Source: Gammaproteobacteria bacterium
Lineage (GTDB): Bacteria; Pseudomonadota; Gammaproteobacteria; Eutrophobiales; Eutrophobiaceae
Length of the DNA: 64,000 nt
Assembly: GCA_965243205.1 (NCBI GenBank)
Contig: CBDEUK010000002.1
Coordinates: 1,792,001-1,856,000, forward strand
Direction: 5' to 3'
Shown here: positions 11,261 to 20,882 of the stretch, one piece after another
Numbering within the stretch: the stretch's first letter is position 1
How the letters are laid out: each line of letters opens with the position of its first letter
Notes under the pieces: model-generated
The model's input: the letters and a program-made list of their open reading frames with translations, nothing else
Databases searched by the model: none
What the model was told of the DNA's origin: nothing
Position numbers and translations under genes: made by a program

Positions 11261-11816
11261 AACATCAACGCCAGGCAAGGTAAGATTAATTGCTGGTGAA
11301 TGGCGTGGTCGAAATTTAGCGGTAGCTGATAAACCTGGGCTTAGGCCAACTTCGAATAGAGTAAGAGAAACTGTTTTTAATTGGTTAATGCCGTTGATTT
11401 CTGGTGCTAAGGTTTTGGATCTATTTGCGGGCACTGGAGCATTGGGATTTGAAGCGGCATCTCGGGGGGCCGAACATGTTCGTTTGGTTGAGCAAGACCA
11501 AGAACTGGTTGCATTGTTAGAACAGAATCAACAAACACTTGCTGCAGAAGCTTTAAGTGTTATTCATACAGATGCATTGCTGTATTTGTCACAATCGAAC
11601 GATGTTTATGATCTGATATTTCTTGACCCACCATTTGAGCAAGGGCTGATTAGTCGCGCTTGTGACGCAATTAAGCAACATCATCTATTAAGTTCAAATG
11701 GTTACCTATATATAGAATCTGAAAAAACACTTTCTTTGCCAGATTATTTAGTTGTGCATAAACAAAAAACAACAGGTCAGGTACAATACGGACTGTATAC
11801 TTTGAACGATGAATGA
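11253..11816 (+). CDS. rsmD: 16S rRNA m2G966 methyltransferase (start uncertain, non-canonical)
   Basis: [14 protein letters not shown] and FLDPPF. The conserved N-terminus [12 protein letters not shown]...[17 protein letters not shown] lies in frame upstream of the ORF-track ATG at 11388. Confidence 0.93.
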   Translation: MVKTSTPGKVRLIAGEWRGRNLAVADKPGLRPTSNRVRETVFNWLMPLISGAKVLDLFAGTGALGFEAASRGAEHVRLVEQDQELVALLEQNQQTLAAEALSVIHTDALLYLSQSNDVYDLIFLDPPFEQGLISRACDAIKQHHLLSSNGYLYIESEKTLSLPDYLVVHKQKTTGQVQYGLYTLNDE

Positions 11817-12295
11817 TTATGCCAATTACTGCTTTATATCCAGGAACATTTGATCCCATTACCAATGGTCACGCCGATGTGATTGAACGAGCTGCGAGTT
11901 TGTTCGAAAAGGTAGTTGTAGCAGTTGTTGATCACCGTAACACATCTAAAAATACACGGTTTACAACGGATCGGCGTGTTGAACTAGCAGAAGTCGTTTT
12001 GCAAGATCTACACAATGTTTCGGTGTGTTCTTTCGATGGATTGGCAGTCGATAAAGCAAAAGAGATCAATGCTAAAGTGATCATTCGTGGATTACGTGCA
12101 GTTTCTGATTTTGATTATGAATTTCAAATGGCCGCTATGAACCGACGCTTAGATAAGGATGCAGAAACAGTCTTTTTAACGCCAGCTGAACATCTAACAT
12201 TTTTATCATCCAGCTTAGTGCGTCAAGTTTCTTCGTTAGGCGGAGATGTCAGTCAATTTGTACATCCAGAAGTTCTTAAAGCGTTGTCAGAATAA
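11813..12295 (+). CDS. coaD: Phosphopantetheine adenylyltransferase
   Basis: [24 protein letters not shown]. Confidence 0.97.
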   Translation: MIMPITALYPGTFDPITNGHADVIERAASLFEKVVVAVVDHRNTSKNTRFTTDRRVELAEVVLQDLHNVSVCSFDGLAVDKAKEINAKVIIRGLRAVSDFDYEFQMAAMNRRLDKDAETVFLTPAEHLTFLSSSLVRQVSSLGGDVSQFVHPEVLKALSE

Positions 12296-12301
12296 TTAGA
12301 T

Positions 12302-12862
12302 GTGAATAAAAAAACACTTTCAGAACTACCTGATGATCTGCCTGTGCCAATTGATGATGGTGCATGTGAGCATCTACAAGGAACAGCTTTTCCTAAAATT
12401 GAATTACCTTCAACGAGTGGCGAGAGCATTTCATTAACTTCAATAATGAATTTTGTTCTTTATATTTATCCCATGACTGGAAGACCAAATACGCCGTTGC
12501 CTGATGGTTGGGATTCCATTCCTGGCGCGAGAGGATGTACGCCTCAATCTTGTGGTTTTCGAGATCATTATTCTGAATTAACACATTTAAAAGTGAGTGT
12601 GTTCGGGTTAAGCACGCAATCGACGAAATATCAAACTGAGGCTAAACAACGCTTACATCTTCCGTTTGATTTGCTGAGTGATTTTAATTTCAAATTGAAA
12701 GAAATGTTATCGTTACCTACATTCGAAGCTGATGGTAATGAGTTATATAAACGTATAACAATTATTGTTAAAAATAACATCATAGAAAAAGTTTTTTATC
12801 CTATATTCCCTCCAAACTTAAACGCAGAAGAAGTTGTTCAATGGTTGCAAGAAAATATTTAA
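12302..12862 (+). CDS. Peroxiredoxin (BCP/AhpC-TSA family)
   Basis: YIYPMTG...IPGARGCTPQSC peroxidatic motif. Confidence 0.88.
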   Translation: MNKKTLSELPDDLPVPIDDGACEHLQGTAFPKIELPSTSGESISLTSIMNFVLYIYPMTGRPNTPLPDGWDSIPGARGCTPQSCGFRDHYSELTHLKVSVFGLSTQSTKYQTEAKQRLHLPFDLLSDFNFKLKEMLSLPTFEADGNELYKRITIIVKNNIIEKVFYPIFPPNLNAEEVVQWLQENI

Positions 12863-14523
12863 GTATTCATTTTTTGTATTGTTTTTTATTTTTTCTTTCC
12901 TTTAATGTTTCAGCTCAACAAGGTTATGGTGCGATTGCTACAGCACATCCTCTAGCAACTCAAGCGGGTAAAGAAATTTTACTGAAAGGTGGTAATGCCT
13001 TCGATGCTGCTGTTGCTATTTCAGCAGCCCTTGCCGTAGTGGAGCCTTATGGTTCGGGTATTGGTGGTGGTGGTTTTTGGTTATTGCATCAAGCAGAAAA
13101 TAATCGACAAGTGATGGTAGATGGCCGAGAAACAGCACCAGCTTATGCACATAAAAAGGTTTACCTTGATAAACAAGGCAATCCAATTCCTGGTAAATCG
13201 ATTAATGGTCCAAGTGCAGCAGGTATTCCAGGGACGATTGCTGCTTTAGATCACATTACTCGTAAATACGGCACGTTACCTTTAGTAGAATTATTAAAGC
13301 CTGCCATTAAGTATGCTAAAGACGGTTTTGAAGTAACCGAGCGTTATCAATTGTTGATTGGTTTTCGTAAAAAAGTGATGCAGGAATATTCTGCTACTTC
13401 AGATATTTTTCTAAAAGATAAGGAAACACCAGTAATCGGTGAGCGAATTATACAAACTGATTTAGCCAATACTTTAGAATTGGTTGCAAGACAAGGTGGC
13501 TCGGCTTTTTATCAAGGTCAATTTGCCAAGCAAATGGTTCAACATGTTAATCGTGATGGTGGTTTTTGGAACCTTGAAGATTTGGCTAACTATACAATCA
13601 AAGAACGTAAACCTATTGTTACCCAATACCGTGATATGAAGATTACTTCTGCAGCACCGCCATCTTCAGGTGGTATTGTATTGGCTCAGGCATTAGGCGT
13701 ATTAGAAAACTTTAATCTACAAACAATGGATGAAGTTCAATATAAACATCATGTCGTAGAAGCAATGCGCCGTGCTTATCGTGATCGAGCAGCGTATCTT
13801 GGTGATGCAGATTTTGTTGATGTTCCGGTACAAAGATTATTGGATAAGAATTATCTTCATGGTCTTACGGTTTCAATTGATTCTACAAAAGCTTCGAGCA
13901 GTGCTGATATGGGACAATTCGATTTGCAACAAAGAGGCAAGAACACTACACATTTTTCAGTCATGGATAAAATGGGTAATAGAGTAGCTGCTACTTTAAG
14001 TATTAATTTGCCGTTTGGTTCAGCTTACGTGATCCCAGGTACGGGCGTGTTATTAAATGATGAGATGGATGATTTTTCTACCAAGCCTAATGCACCTAAT
14101 TCTTATGGTTTAGTGGGCGATCATGCAAACTTGGTCGAGCCTGGCAAGCGTCCGCTATCAAGCATGTCGCCAACCTTCATAGAAAATAAAGATAAGATTG
14201 CAGTGCTAGGAACACCTGGTGGTAGTCGAATTATCAGTATGGTGTTGCTTGGCATCTTAGACTTTGAAAAACGACAACTGCCAAAATCATGGGTTAGTGT
14301 GCCACGCTATCATCATCAATATTTACCTGATGAAATACAGTATGAAAAAAATGGTTTGACGATAAATGAAGTTCAAGGCTTAAAAGCAATGGGACATACT
14401 TTAAAAGAAAGAAATCGTCAGTATGGCAACATGCAAGCAGTGATGTATTACAAACCTACGAATACAATGTTAGCCGCTAGTGATCCTCGCGGCGAAGGTG
14501 AGGCTATTACTTTTCTTTATTAG
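12841..14523 (+). CDS. ggt: Gamma-glutamyltransferase
   Basis: GGNAFDAAVA, TTHFS autocatalytic Thr, NDEMDDF, RPLSSMSP. Confidence 0.96.
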   Translation: MVARKYLSIHFLYCFLFFLSFNVSAQQGYGAIATAHPLATQAGKEILLKGGNAFDAAVAISAALAVVEPYGSGIGGGGFWLLHQAENNRQVMVDGRETAPAYAHKKVYLDKQGNPIPGKSINGPSAAGIPGTIAALDHITRKYGTLPLVELLKPAIKYAKDGFEVTERYQLLIGFRKKVMQEYSATSDIFLKDKETPVIGERIIQTDLANTLELVARQGGSAFYQGQFAKQMVQHVNRDGGFWNLEDLANYTIKERKPIVTQYRDMKITSAAPPSSGGIVLAQALGVLENFNLQTMDEVQYKHHVVEAMRRAYRDRAAYLGDADFVDVPVQRLLDKNYLHGLTVSIDSTKASSSADMGQFDLQQRGKNTTHFSVMDKMGNRVAATLSINLPFGSAYVIPGTGVLLNDEMDDFSTKPNAPNSYGLVGDHANLVEPGKRPLSSMSPTFIENKDKIAVLGTPGGSRIISMVLLGILDFEKRQLPKSWVSVPRYHHQYLPDEIQYEKNGLTINEVQGLKAMGHTLKERNRQYGNMQAVMYYKPTNTMLAASDPRGEGEAITFLY

Positions 14524-14950
14524 TATGATACGCGGCTTCAAACGCACCTTCTGAAAAGCCTTGTAGTTTATTATCACCAATTAATATTACTGGTACAGCT
14601 TTTCCACCAAGCTTGTCGTACTCGCGTTTAGCCTTTTCGCTTTTTTCAATGTCACGTTCGGAAAAGGCGATTTTATTTTTTTGAAAGTATTTTTTAGCCT
14701 TTTTACAATAGCCGCACCAGCTAGTGGAATACATTATTACTTTCTGTGGTTTTTCCTTTGGAGTATAAGTGAATTCATAACCTGGACTTTCATAGGTGTT
14801 TAGTTTTACTTCAACGATGTCAGTCTTAGCATTGCTGGGCGGCTTATCGGTGAAGTGAACATTACCGTTTTCATCAACATAACGATGAATTTCTGAATGT
14901 ACAGGAACAAATACCAAAGATAATAACAATATTAAGCCCGATGATTTCAT
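14507..14950 (-). CDS. Secreted DUF4124 plus glutaredoxin-domain protein
   Basis: Signal peptide, HRYVDENGNVHFTDKPP, WCGYC. Confidence 0.85.
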   Translation of the reverse strand: MKSSGLILLLSLVFVPVHSEIHRYVDENGNVHFTDKPPSNAKTDIVEVKLNTYESPGYEFTYTPKEKPQKVIMYSTSWCGYCKKAKKYFQKNKIAFSERDIEKSEKAKREYDKLGGKAVPVILIGDNKLQGFSEGAFEAAYHTNKEK

Positions 14951-15034
14951 AATGAGTTATCCATAAACGAGTAGATTTGAGTATAGATAGATATATCGGA
15001 AGTTAAGTGAATTTCTTCACAAAGTAAGCGATTG

Positions 15035-15457
15035 TTACCAAAGTCCGTCCGTTTTTACCCCAGTATATTCATCCCAGTATTTACAGAATTCTATGGATTT
15101 TGCTCTTAATAATGAAACGTAGTGAGAATCATCGAATTCATTTTCATTGGATGCTATGTTCTGTAGATTGGCCAAAAAACAAGTACAAACCGCATTCTTA
15201 ACATCTTCATTACCATCGATGATTAATAATTCAACTAAATCAAATAACTTTTCAGCATCAGAATAATTTTGCGCCATGAAGTTTTTCGCGACTCGATGAG
15301 ATAAATGAGTCATTAATGCATGTGGAGATATAAGACCTGACCTAGGCAACCAAGAGGATACGGTTTCAAGCAATTCATCGCGTAATTCAGGGTAAGCGTT
15401 GAATAACAAAGGCAATAAATCTGATGCCTGAATCATTTTATTATTAGTCTCCATCAA
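15035..15457 (-). CDS. Hypothetical protein, immunity-like helical protein (DUF7674-like)
   Basis: LFDLVELLIIDGNEDVKNAVCTCFLANL pattern. Confidence 0.55.
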   Translation of the reverse strand: MMETNNKMIQASDLLPLLFNAYPELRDELLETVSSWLPRSGLISPHALMTHLSHRVAKNFMAQNYSDAEKLFDLVELLIIDGNEDVKNAVCTCFLANLQNIASNENEFDDSHYVSLLRAKSIEFCKYWDEYTGVKTDGLW

Positions 15458-15574
15458 GACAAAAGTTACAGAATTTTATGTTGTTAGAGTTCATATTCAG
15501 GCAGGGACAATCATACCTCTTGATGAGAATTTTTTACACCAGAGATTTTAAAAAAATGACTTTTGTTTTTTATT

Positions 15575-16084
15575 TTAGTCGAGCAGATTTTCTCGCCAAA
15601 CGGCTAATTTTTCTGTCCATTTGATACTAGCATGAGCAGGGCTGGTAGATGGTAAAACAGAAACTTTATAATTCGCGTAGAAATCGTTGGCATTGTTTAT
15701 TTCGTTTCGTTTAAATAGTTGATGTGCCTTTTGACCATTAAAATAGATCTTAGAAATATCAGTATGATTGGAAAAGAAGCTCTGAAAATCATTAACAATC
15801 GTGCTATCAGTTTTTATATTTGAATCCAAGCTGCCAATACGTTGGCAAGATTTTAAAACATCCCACAAAGCAATTTTGTTATTTTTCAATAGTTGAGTTC
15901 TTTTTGTGTAATCATCAGAAAAATTTTCTTTGTAGATTGAAAACAAAATTTTCCAGAAAGAGTTTTGTGGATGAGCATAGTATTGATTTGCAGATAAAGA
16001 TTTTTCTCCAGGCATCGAACCAAGAATTAAAATAGTCGCATCTTTATTTGCAATCGGTGGGAAGCTATAAATTTTTTGATTAAT
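15575..16084 (-). CDS. Uracil-DNA glycosylase superfamily protein (DNA-deoxyinosine glycosylase-like); start uncertain
   Basis: In-frame upstream IYSFPPIANKDATILILGSMPG, then YYAHPQNSFW, GSLDSNI, LPSTSPA. Confidence 0.88.
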   Translation of the reverse strand: MNQKIYSFPPIANKDATILILGSMPGEKSLSANQYYAHPQNSFWKILFSIYKENFSDDYTKRTQLLKNNKIALWDVLKSCQRIGSLDSNIKTDSTIVNDFQSFFSNHTDISKIYFNGQKAHQLFKRNEINNANDFYANYKVSVLPSTSPAHASIKWTEKLAVWRENLLD

Positions 16085-16103
16085 TTTTTATTCCAAAACT
16101 AAA

Positions 16104-16919
16104 TTAATGTTGGCAGTGAGTGCAGTAATAGGTAGAGCGTTGTCCTAGTTGAATGATTTGAATAGGGTTGCCACATTTTTTACAAGGTTCTTCTGCTCGA
16201 TCATACACATTCAATTCGTGACGAAAATAACCTGGCTTACCATCTGAGTTTGTAAAGTCTCTCAAGGTTGTGCCGCCTTTTTGTAAAGCAAGTTTTAATA
16301 CTGCTTTGATTTCGGCCACCAATTTTTCATAGCGTTCAAAAGAAATTTTATTGGCTTTCCGTTTAGGAAGTATGCCAGCTTGGAATAACGATTCACTAGC
16401 ATATATATTTCCAACACCGACTACTACTTTACTATCCATAATAAATGTTTTTACAAATGTTTTTCTATTACGCGATTTTTCATAAAGGTATTCAGCCGTA
16501 AAATCATCTTCTAAAGGTTCTGGACCTAATGATTTTATCAGATCATGTTTAAGCGGATCTCTTTTGGTATAAATCAAACAACCAAAGCGTCTTGGATCAT
16601 TAAAACGTAAAATAGTGCCTGAAGATAATTCAAGATCAACATGATCATGTTTTTGTATCTTTTTAGGTTCTAATAAAATTCGTAAATGACCAGACATACC
16701 TAAATGTAAAATGATCGCTGCTTCATTAGTTTTAATAATAATATACTTGCCGCGACGTTTTACTTGTCGGATTTCTTGTCCAGGGAGGTTCTTGGTTATG
16801 GTTTTACTAATCGGCCAACGTAGTTGATAGTTACGAACAATAATATTTGAAATGGTTTCGCCTAATAAATAAGGTGCTATGCCAATGCGAGTAGTTTCTA
16901 CCTCAGGTAGTTCAGGCAT
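16104..16919 (-). CDS. mutM: Formamidopyrimidine-DNA glycosylase
   Basis: MPELPEVE, HLGMSG, DPRRFG, GNIY and C-terminal zinc finger. Confidence 0.98.
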   Translation of the reverse strand: MPELPEVETTRIGIAPYLLGETISNIIVRNYQLRWPISKTITKNLPGQEIRQVKRRGKYIIIKTNEAAIILHLGMSGHLRILLEPKKIQKHDHVDLELSSGTILRFNDPRRFGCLIYTKRDPLKHDLIKSLGPEPLEDDFTAEYLYEKSRNRKTFVKTFIMDSKVVVGVGNIYASESLFQAGILPKRKANKISFERYEKLVAEIKAVLKLALQKGGTTLRDFTNSDGKPGYFRHELNVYDRAEEPCKKCGNPIQIIQLGQRSTYYCTHCQH

Positions 16920-17767
16920 TATTCTTCTGACTCAGTTTTTGGTTTTGGAAAAATAATATCTGCAATGTATTGAGTGATTTTATACTCAAGGTTTAAGTTG
17001 TTATTTACTAAAACAAGTTCAGGTTCTTTGCTGGCCACATCGAGTATTAAAGTTGAATTATCATTAAAACTGATTTCAACTTTACCAATGACATCTTCAA
17101 CTTCTTTAGGTTTAACAGGGTTTCCTTCCAATTGCTGCCATCCATTGAATACAATATTTGCTGTTGTTTCTATGTTGTCATTAGATAATTTAATTTTCCA
17201 TGTATCATCTGTTTTTGTTAATTGATATTGATCAGTAACAATACTGATAATTTTATCTGGGCTATTAATAACTTTTGGATTGATGAAAAAATTTTCATTT
17301 GTAGTCAGTTGATAAAATAATTGATCATTAATCGTGTAAATATAATTACCATTACGTAAATAACGGGTTTTATCTAATGGATTAGTCGAACCAAATTCAA
17401 AACGTGAATCATTTAATATTAAAGTCGCTTCAGGTGTGGCAAGGCCAAGTTGTGTTAGATCTAAATCATCAACGTTTAATTGATTTGAACTCAATGTGGT
17501 TAAAACATTTAAGATAGATTCAATTCGATTAGGGTGCGCTGGGGCGGTTATAGGTTCAATTAATTGCCATTGTTCATCTGATTTTTCGAATGCAATAGTT
17601 TTGCTGGCAAGGCGTTCTATCAATATTTTATTAATAGAATCCGCGTTGAGCTCTGAAACAGTATATTCAATGGGCTTGGTTTCTTCCTTTTCAGTACTGA
17701 ACATGAAAAACCCAAGTGTTAAGACAAAAATAAATAAAGCTATATTAATAGTAAGTTGAGATTGCAC
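16919..17767 (-). CDS. DUF4340-like membrane-anchored periplasmic protein of a Gld-type ABC system
   Basis: N-terminal TM helix, WQLIEP, LGLATP; follows the GldG-like gene. Confidence 0.75.
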   Translation of the reverse strand: MQSQLTINIALFIFVLTLGFFMFSTEKEETKPIEYTVSELNADSINKILIERLASKTIAFEKSDEQWQLIEPITAPAHPNRIESILNVLTTLSSNQLNVDDLDLTQLGLATPEATLILNDSRFEFGSTNPLDKTRYLRNGNYIYTINDQLFYQLTTNENFFINPKVINSPDKIISIVTDQYQLTKTDDTWKIKLSNDNIETTANIVFNGWQQLEGNPVKPKEVEDVIGKVEISFNDNSTLILDVASKEPELVLVNNNLNLEYKITQYIADIIFPKPKTESEE

Positions 17768-17779
17768 AGCTAATATGAT

Positions 17780-19150
17780 CTATTGTTTCTTACGACGCCA
17801 CCAAATATACAAACCTAATCCAAGCAAGGTTAATGGCAAGGCAATTAAGAAACCAAAAATTATTATGATTTTGGTCGTGTTAGATAATTCTAAATATAAA
17901 TCATCGGAAGTTTTTACTGGTATGGAAATAAAATCATCATCGCTACTTAACCAATTAATAAAACGATAACCCAGTTCATTATTGCCACTGTTGGCAAGAA
18001 ATTGATTAGATAAGAAGTCACCATCACCGACGACTAATATTCGTTGATTAATGGTTTGTGAGCCTTCTTCTGTTTCTGATTCAATATCACGAGTAAAACC
18101 ATAAGCTATATTCAAAGGCCCTAATCGATCTTGTCCTTCATCAAAAGCAACTTCAGTATTCAATTCAGAATGTTCGGACCATGTGTGTTCGCCTGTGATA
18201 ATGATTGGTTCAGCTGTCCAGTCTGAATCTTCTACATCCATAGCAACTGCACCAGGAAATAAAGTCGTTAATTCAAAGTTTTTTAAAGTTGCATGTGGTG
18301 CATAATTCGTTTCTGAAGCAATGCTAATGGTTGGATCATTGCTACCTAATAGTTGCCCTACATAATCAATAATAGTTCCTGGTAAAAACGAAATACCCAA
18401 TTTTTCTGCTACAGGCTCTAAGCCGTTTAACTTACCAGGTTCCGCAAACCATAAAACGTTGCCGCCTTTATCAATGTAATCCATGATCAAATTAACTTCA
18501 CCAGGTAAATAATTAATACGTGGATTCGTAATCACTAAAACAGAAGTATTATCAGGAATAGAGTTCACTTGAGTTAGGTTTAACAGTTGAGGTGAAAAAC
18601 CACGTTGCTGAATTGAGGCAACCCAAATGCCTAAATCATGATTAGCTTCACCTATAGCTTTGCGTTCACCATGGCCTTCAATAAAACCCACATAACGATT
18701 CTCACCACGTAATAAACGACTTAATGCGTTGGTGAATTCTTCTTCACTATCAGACTTCACATGTTCAGTGCGATCTTTGTATTGAACTAACATCTCACCA
18801 TCAACGGTAATACCCAGTTCAGCCGTTTGTTGAGGTACGGCGACTTGGTTTATAAAATCCAAACTGATATCAGTTTTTACGCGTTGATAACGTTTAACCG
18901 TATTACGAATGATCTCTCGTAATTCAGGTGTTTCACTGGCGTAAGAAGTAATGGTAATCGGGCCTTCCATTTTACTAAGTGTTTCAATACTGGCTTGTGA
19001 TAAACTATGGCGACCACTAGCAGTCCAATCAAATTCTTGATCGTGACGATTGGTAAACCAGAACAATAAAATGGCTACTGAAATCAACAACACAAACATA
19101 ATTGCGCTGTTGATTTTATACTGAGTTCGACTCTTGTTAGATACTTTCAT
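17780..19150 (-). CDS. GldG-like ABC transporter auxiliary component
   Basis: DWTASGRHSLS, GHGE, VVGDGDFLSN, NWLS and C-terminal TM followed by WWRRK. Confidence 0.88.
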   Translation of the reverse strand: MKVSNKSRTQYKINSAIMFVLLISVAILLFWFTNRHDQEFDWTASGRHSLSQASIETLSKMEGPITITSYASETPELREIIRNTVKRYQRVKTDISLDFINQVAVPQQTAELGITVDGEMLVQYKDRTEHVKSDSEEEFTNALSRLLRGENRYVGFIEGHGERKAIGEANHDLGIWVASIQQRGFSPQLLNLTQVNSIPDNTSVLVITNPRINYLPGEVNLIMDYIDKGGNVLWFAEPGKLNGLEPVAEKLGISFLPGTIIDYVGQLLGSNDPTISIASETNYAPHATLKNFELTTLFPGAVAMDVEDSDWTAEPIIITGEHTWSEHSELNTEVAFDEGQDRLGPLNIAYGFTRDIESETEEGSQTINQRILVVGDGDFLSNQFLANSGNNELGYRFINWLSSDDDFISIPVKTSDDLYLELSNTTKIIIIFGFLIALPLTLLGLGLYIWWRRKKQ

Positions 19151-19153
19151 TGT

Positions 19154-19900
19154 TTACAACATCCTTTCGCTATCAAGACGCCAAACACTTAGCACTAAAA
19201 ACAATGCAGTGATGATCACATAATAAAAAACATCAGCGGTGCTGAATAAACCACTAATGAGTTTATTGTAATGGGTTAATAAGGACATATAGTTTAAAAC
19301 ACTAGCGACGTTCTCGGCGCCGCTATTTCCTGCAAGACTGATTATCCATAACAAAAATAACACGCCAAACGTAGAAACAGCCGAGACAGCAGTGGAAGAA
19401 CTTAACGTACTTAAAAACAAACCAATAGCAGTAAAGGCGCTCACTAATAACAACATTCCAATCATGCCTGAGACAAGCTGCCAATAATCCAAGTTTGTTC
19501 CCATGCCTAGTGATAAAGGCATTAATGTGATCATAAAAACTAATAAAACAAAAAACCCTAGTACTGAAAAGAATTTGCCAAGAACTAATTGGCTGATTGA
19601 TACAGGTGAGGATAATAATAATCGAATAGTCCCTTCACGTTTTTCTTCACTAAAACCACGCATGGTAATGAAGGGCGCTACCATTAACATGATCATAGCA
19701 GTGGACTGGTACAAACCCGCTACCACTAATTCAGTTAAACCAATCTCTGAATATTGGGCATCGCGCAATTCATAGATTTCCCAATACTTTAAAAACAGTT
19801 GCGCCAAAATAAATTGCACTACCGCTAAAACAACCCAGGCAAATGGTGAACGGAATAATCGTCGTAATTCATGTTGGGTGATCGCAAAGATAGTGCTCAT
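19154..19900 (-). CDS. GldF-like ABC-2 permease
   Basis: ELRRLFRSP, TMRGFSEEKREGT, LVLGKF; six TM segments. Confidence 0.88.
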   Translation of the reverse strand: MSTIFAITQHELRRLFRSPFAWVVLAVVQFILAQLFLKYWEIYELRDAQYSEIGLTELVVAGLYQSTAMIMLMVAPFITMRGFSEEKREGTIRLLLSSPVSISQLVLGKFFSVLGFFVLLVFMITLMPLSLGMGTNLDYWQLVSGMIGMLLLVSAFTAIGLFLSTLSSSTAVSAVSTFGVLFLLWIISLAGNSGAENVASVLNYMSLLTHYNKLISGLFSTADVFYYVIITALFLVLSVWRLDSERML

Positions 19901-20835
19901 GATGCTTCTCCAACATTCGGTGATTGAGTTAACTGCATAAAGGTTTGTTCTAATGAATTACTCATGGGTACTAATTCGATTAATTCCCAGCCTTTATCGA
20001 GCACATGTTTAACAAACGAATTAATTTGACTTTCATTTGTTAACGTTATTTGTATTTTGTGATCACTAAGTTGAACGATTGAATCAACAAACCCTAAATC
20101 CGTTAATTCATTAGCATTAATTTCATTACTAAATCCAACTTGGTATTCAGTCACTTTGCGATTGTTCAAAGCTTCTAAAGATTCGTCCATCACTAACTGA
20201 CCTTTAGAAATAATAATCACGCGATCACACACGCTTTGTACTTCTGGCAAAATATGCGTTGATAAAATTACGCTGTGATCATTCCCTAGTTCGCGAATTA
20301 AATTACGTATCTCAACAATTTGATTTGGATCTAAACCAGAGGTTGGCTCATCTAATATCACAACAGAAGGTGAATGAATGATTGCTTGTGCGATACCAAC
20401 ACGTTGTTGATAACCTTTTGAAAGATTACGAATCAAACGATGCCCTACTTCATTCAAGCCACAACGTAGTTTTGCGTTTTCTATCGCTGTTTTTAAATTC
20501 GCTTTTGCAATGTGGCGTAGTTTTGCGGCGTAGTCTAAATATTCATCAACGGTTAAGTCACTATACAATGGTGGTGATTCAGGTAAGAAACCAATATGTG
20601 ATTTGGCTTGCTTGGCTTGCTCTAAAATGTCTTGGCCAGCAATCGTGATTTGACCACTACTAGCAGCGAGCACACCTGAGATCATCTGCATCGAAGTGGT
20701 TTTGCCAGCGCCATTCGGCCCTAAAAAGCCAACAACTTCGCCGCGATGTAGTTTGAAATTGATGTTATCAACCGCGCATTGCTGGCCGTAGTATCGGCTG
20801 ACATCATTCACATCTATCAGTACTTCTTTTTCCAT
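19897..20835 (-). CDS. GldA-like ABC transporter ATP-binding protein
   Basis: GPNGAGKTT, LSKGYQQRVG, DEPTSGLDPNQI, STHILPEV. Confidence 0.92.
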   Translation of the reverse strand: MEKEVLIDVNDVSRYYGQQCAVDNINFKLHRGEVVGFLGPNGAGKTTSMQMISGVLAASSGQITIAGQDILEQAKQAKSHIGFLPESPPLYSDLTVDEYLDYAAKLRHIAKANLKTAIENAKLRCGLNEVGHRLIRNLSKGYQQRVGIAQAIIHSPSVVILDEPTSGLDPNQIVEIRNLIRELGNDHSVILSTHILPEVQSVCDRVIIISKGQLVMDESLEALNNRKVTEYQVGFSNEINANELTDLGFVDSIVQLSDHKIQITLTNESQINSFVKHVLDKGWELIELVPMSNSLEQTFMQLTQSPNVGEAS

Positions 20836-20882
20836 AGTTTGTGCGAGTGTTTAATTGTGTTAATCAACGTTATTATTCATAA

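Noticed and set aside
14507-14523. Convergent overlap of ggt and the glutaredoxin gene
   Set aside because: A 17-bp 3' overlap is ordinary in compact genomes
17780-20835. Gliding motility system
   Set aside because: Only the generic GldA/F/G-like ABC genes are present, with no motor or T9SS genes
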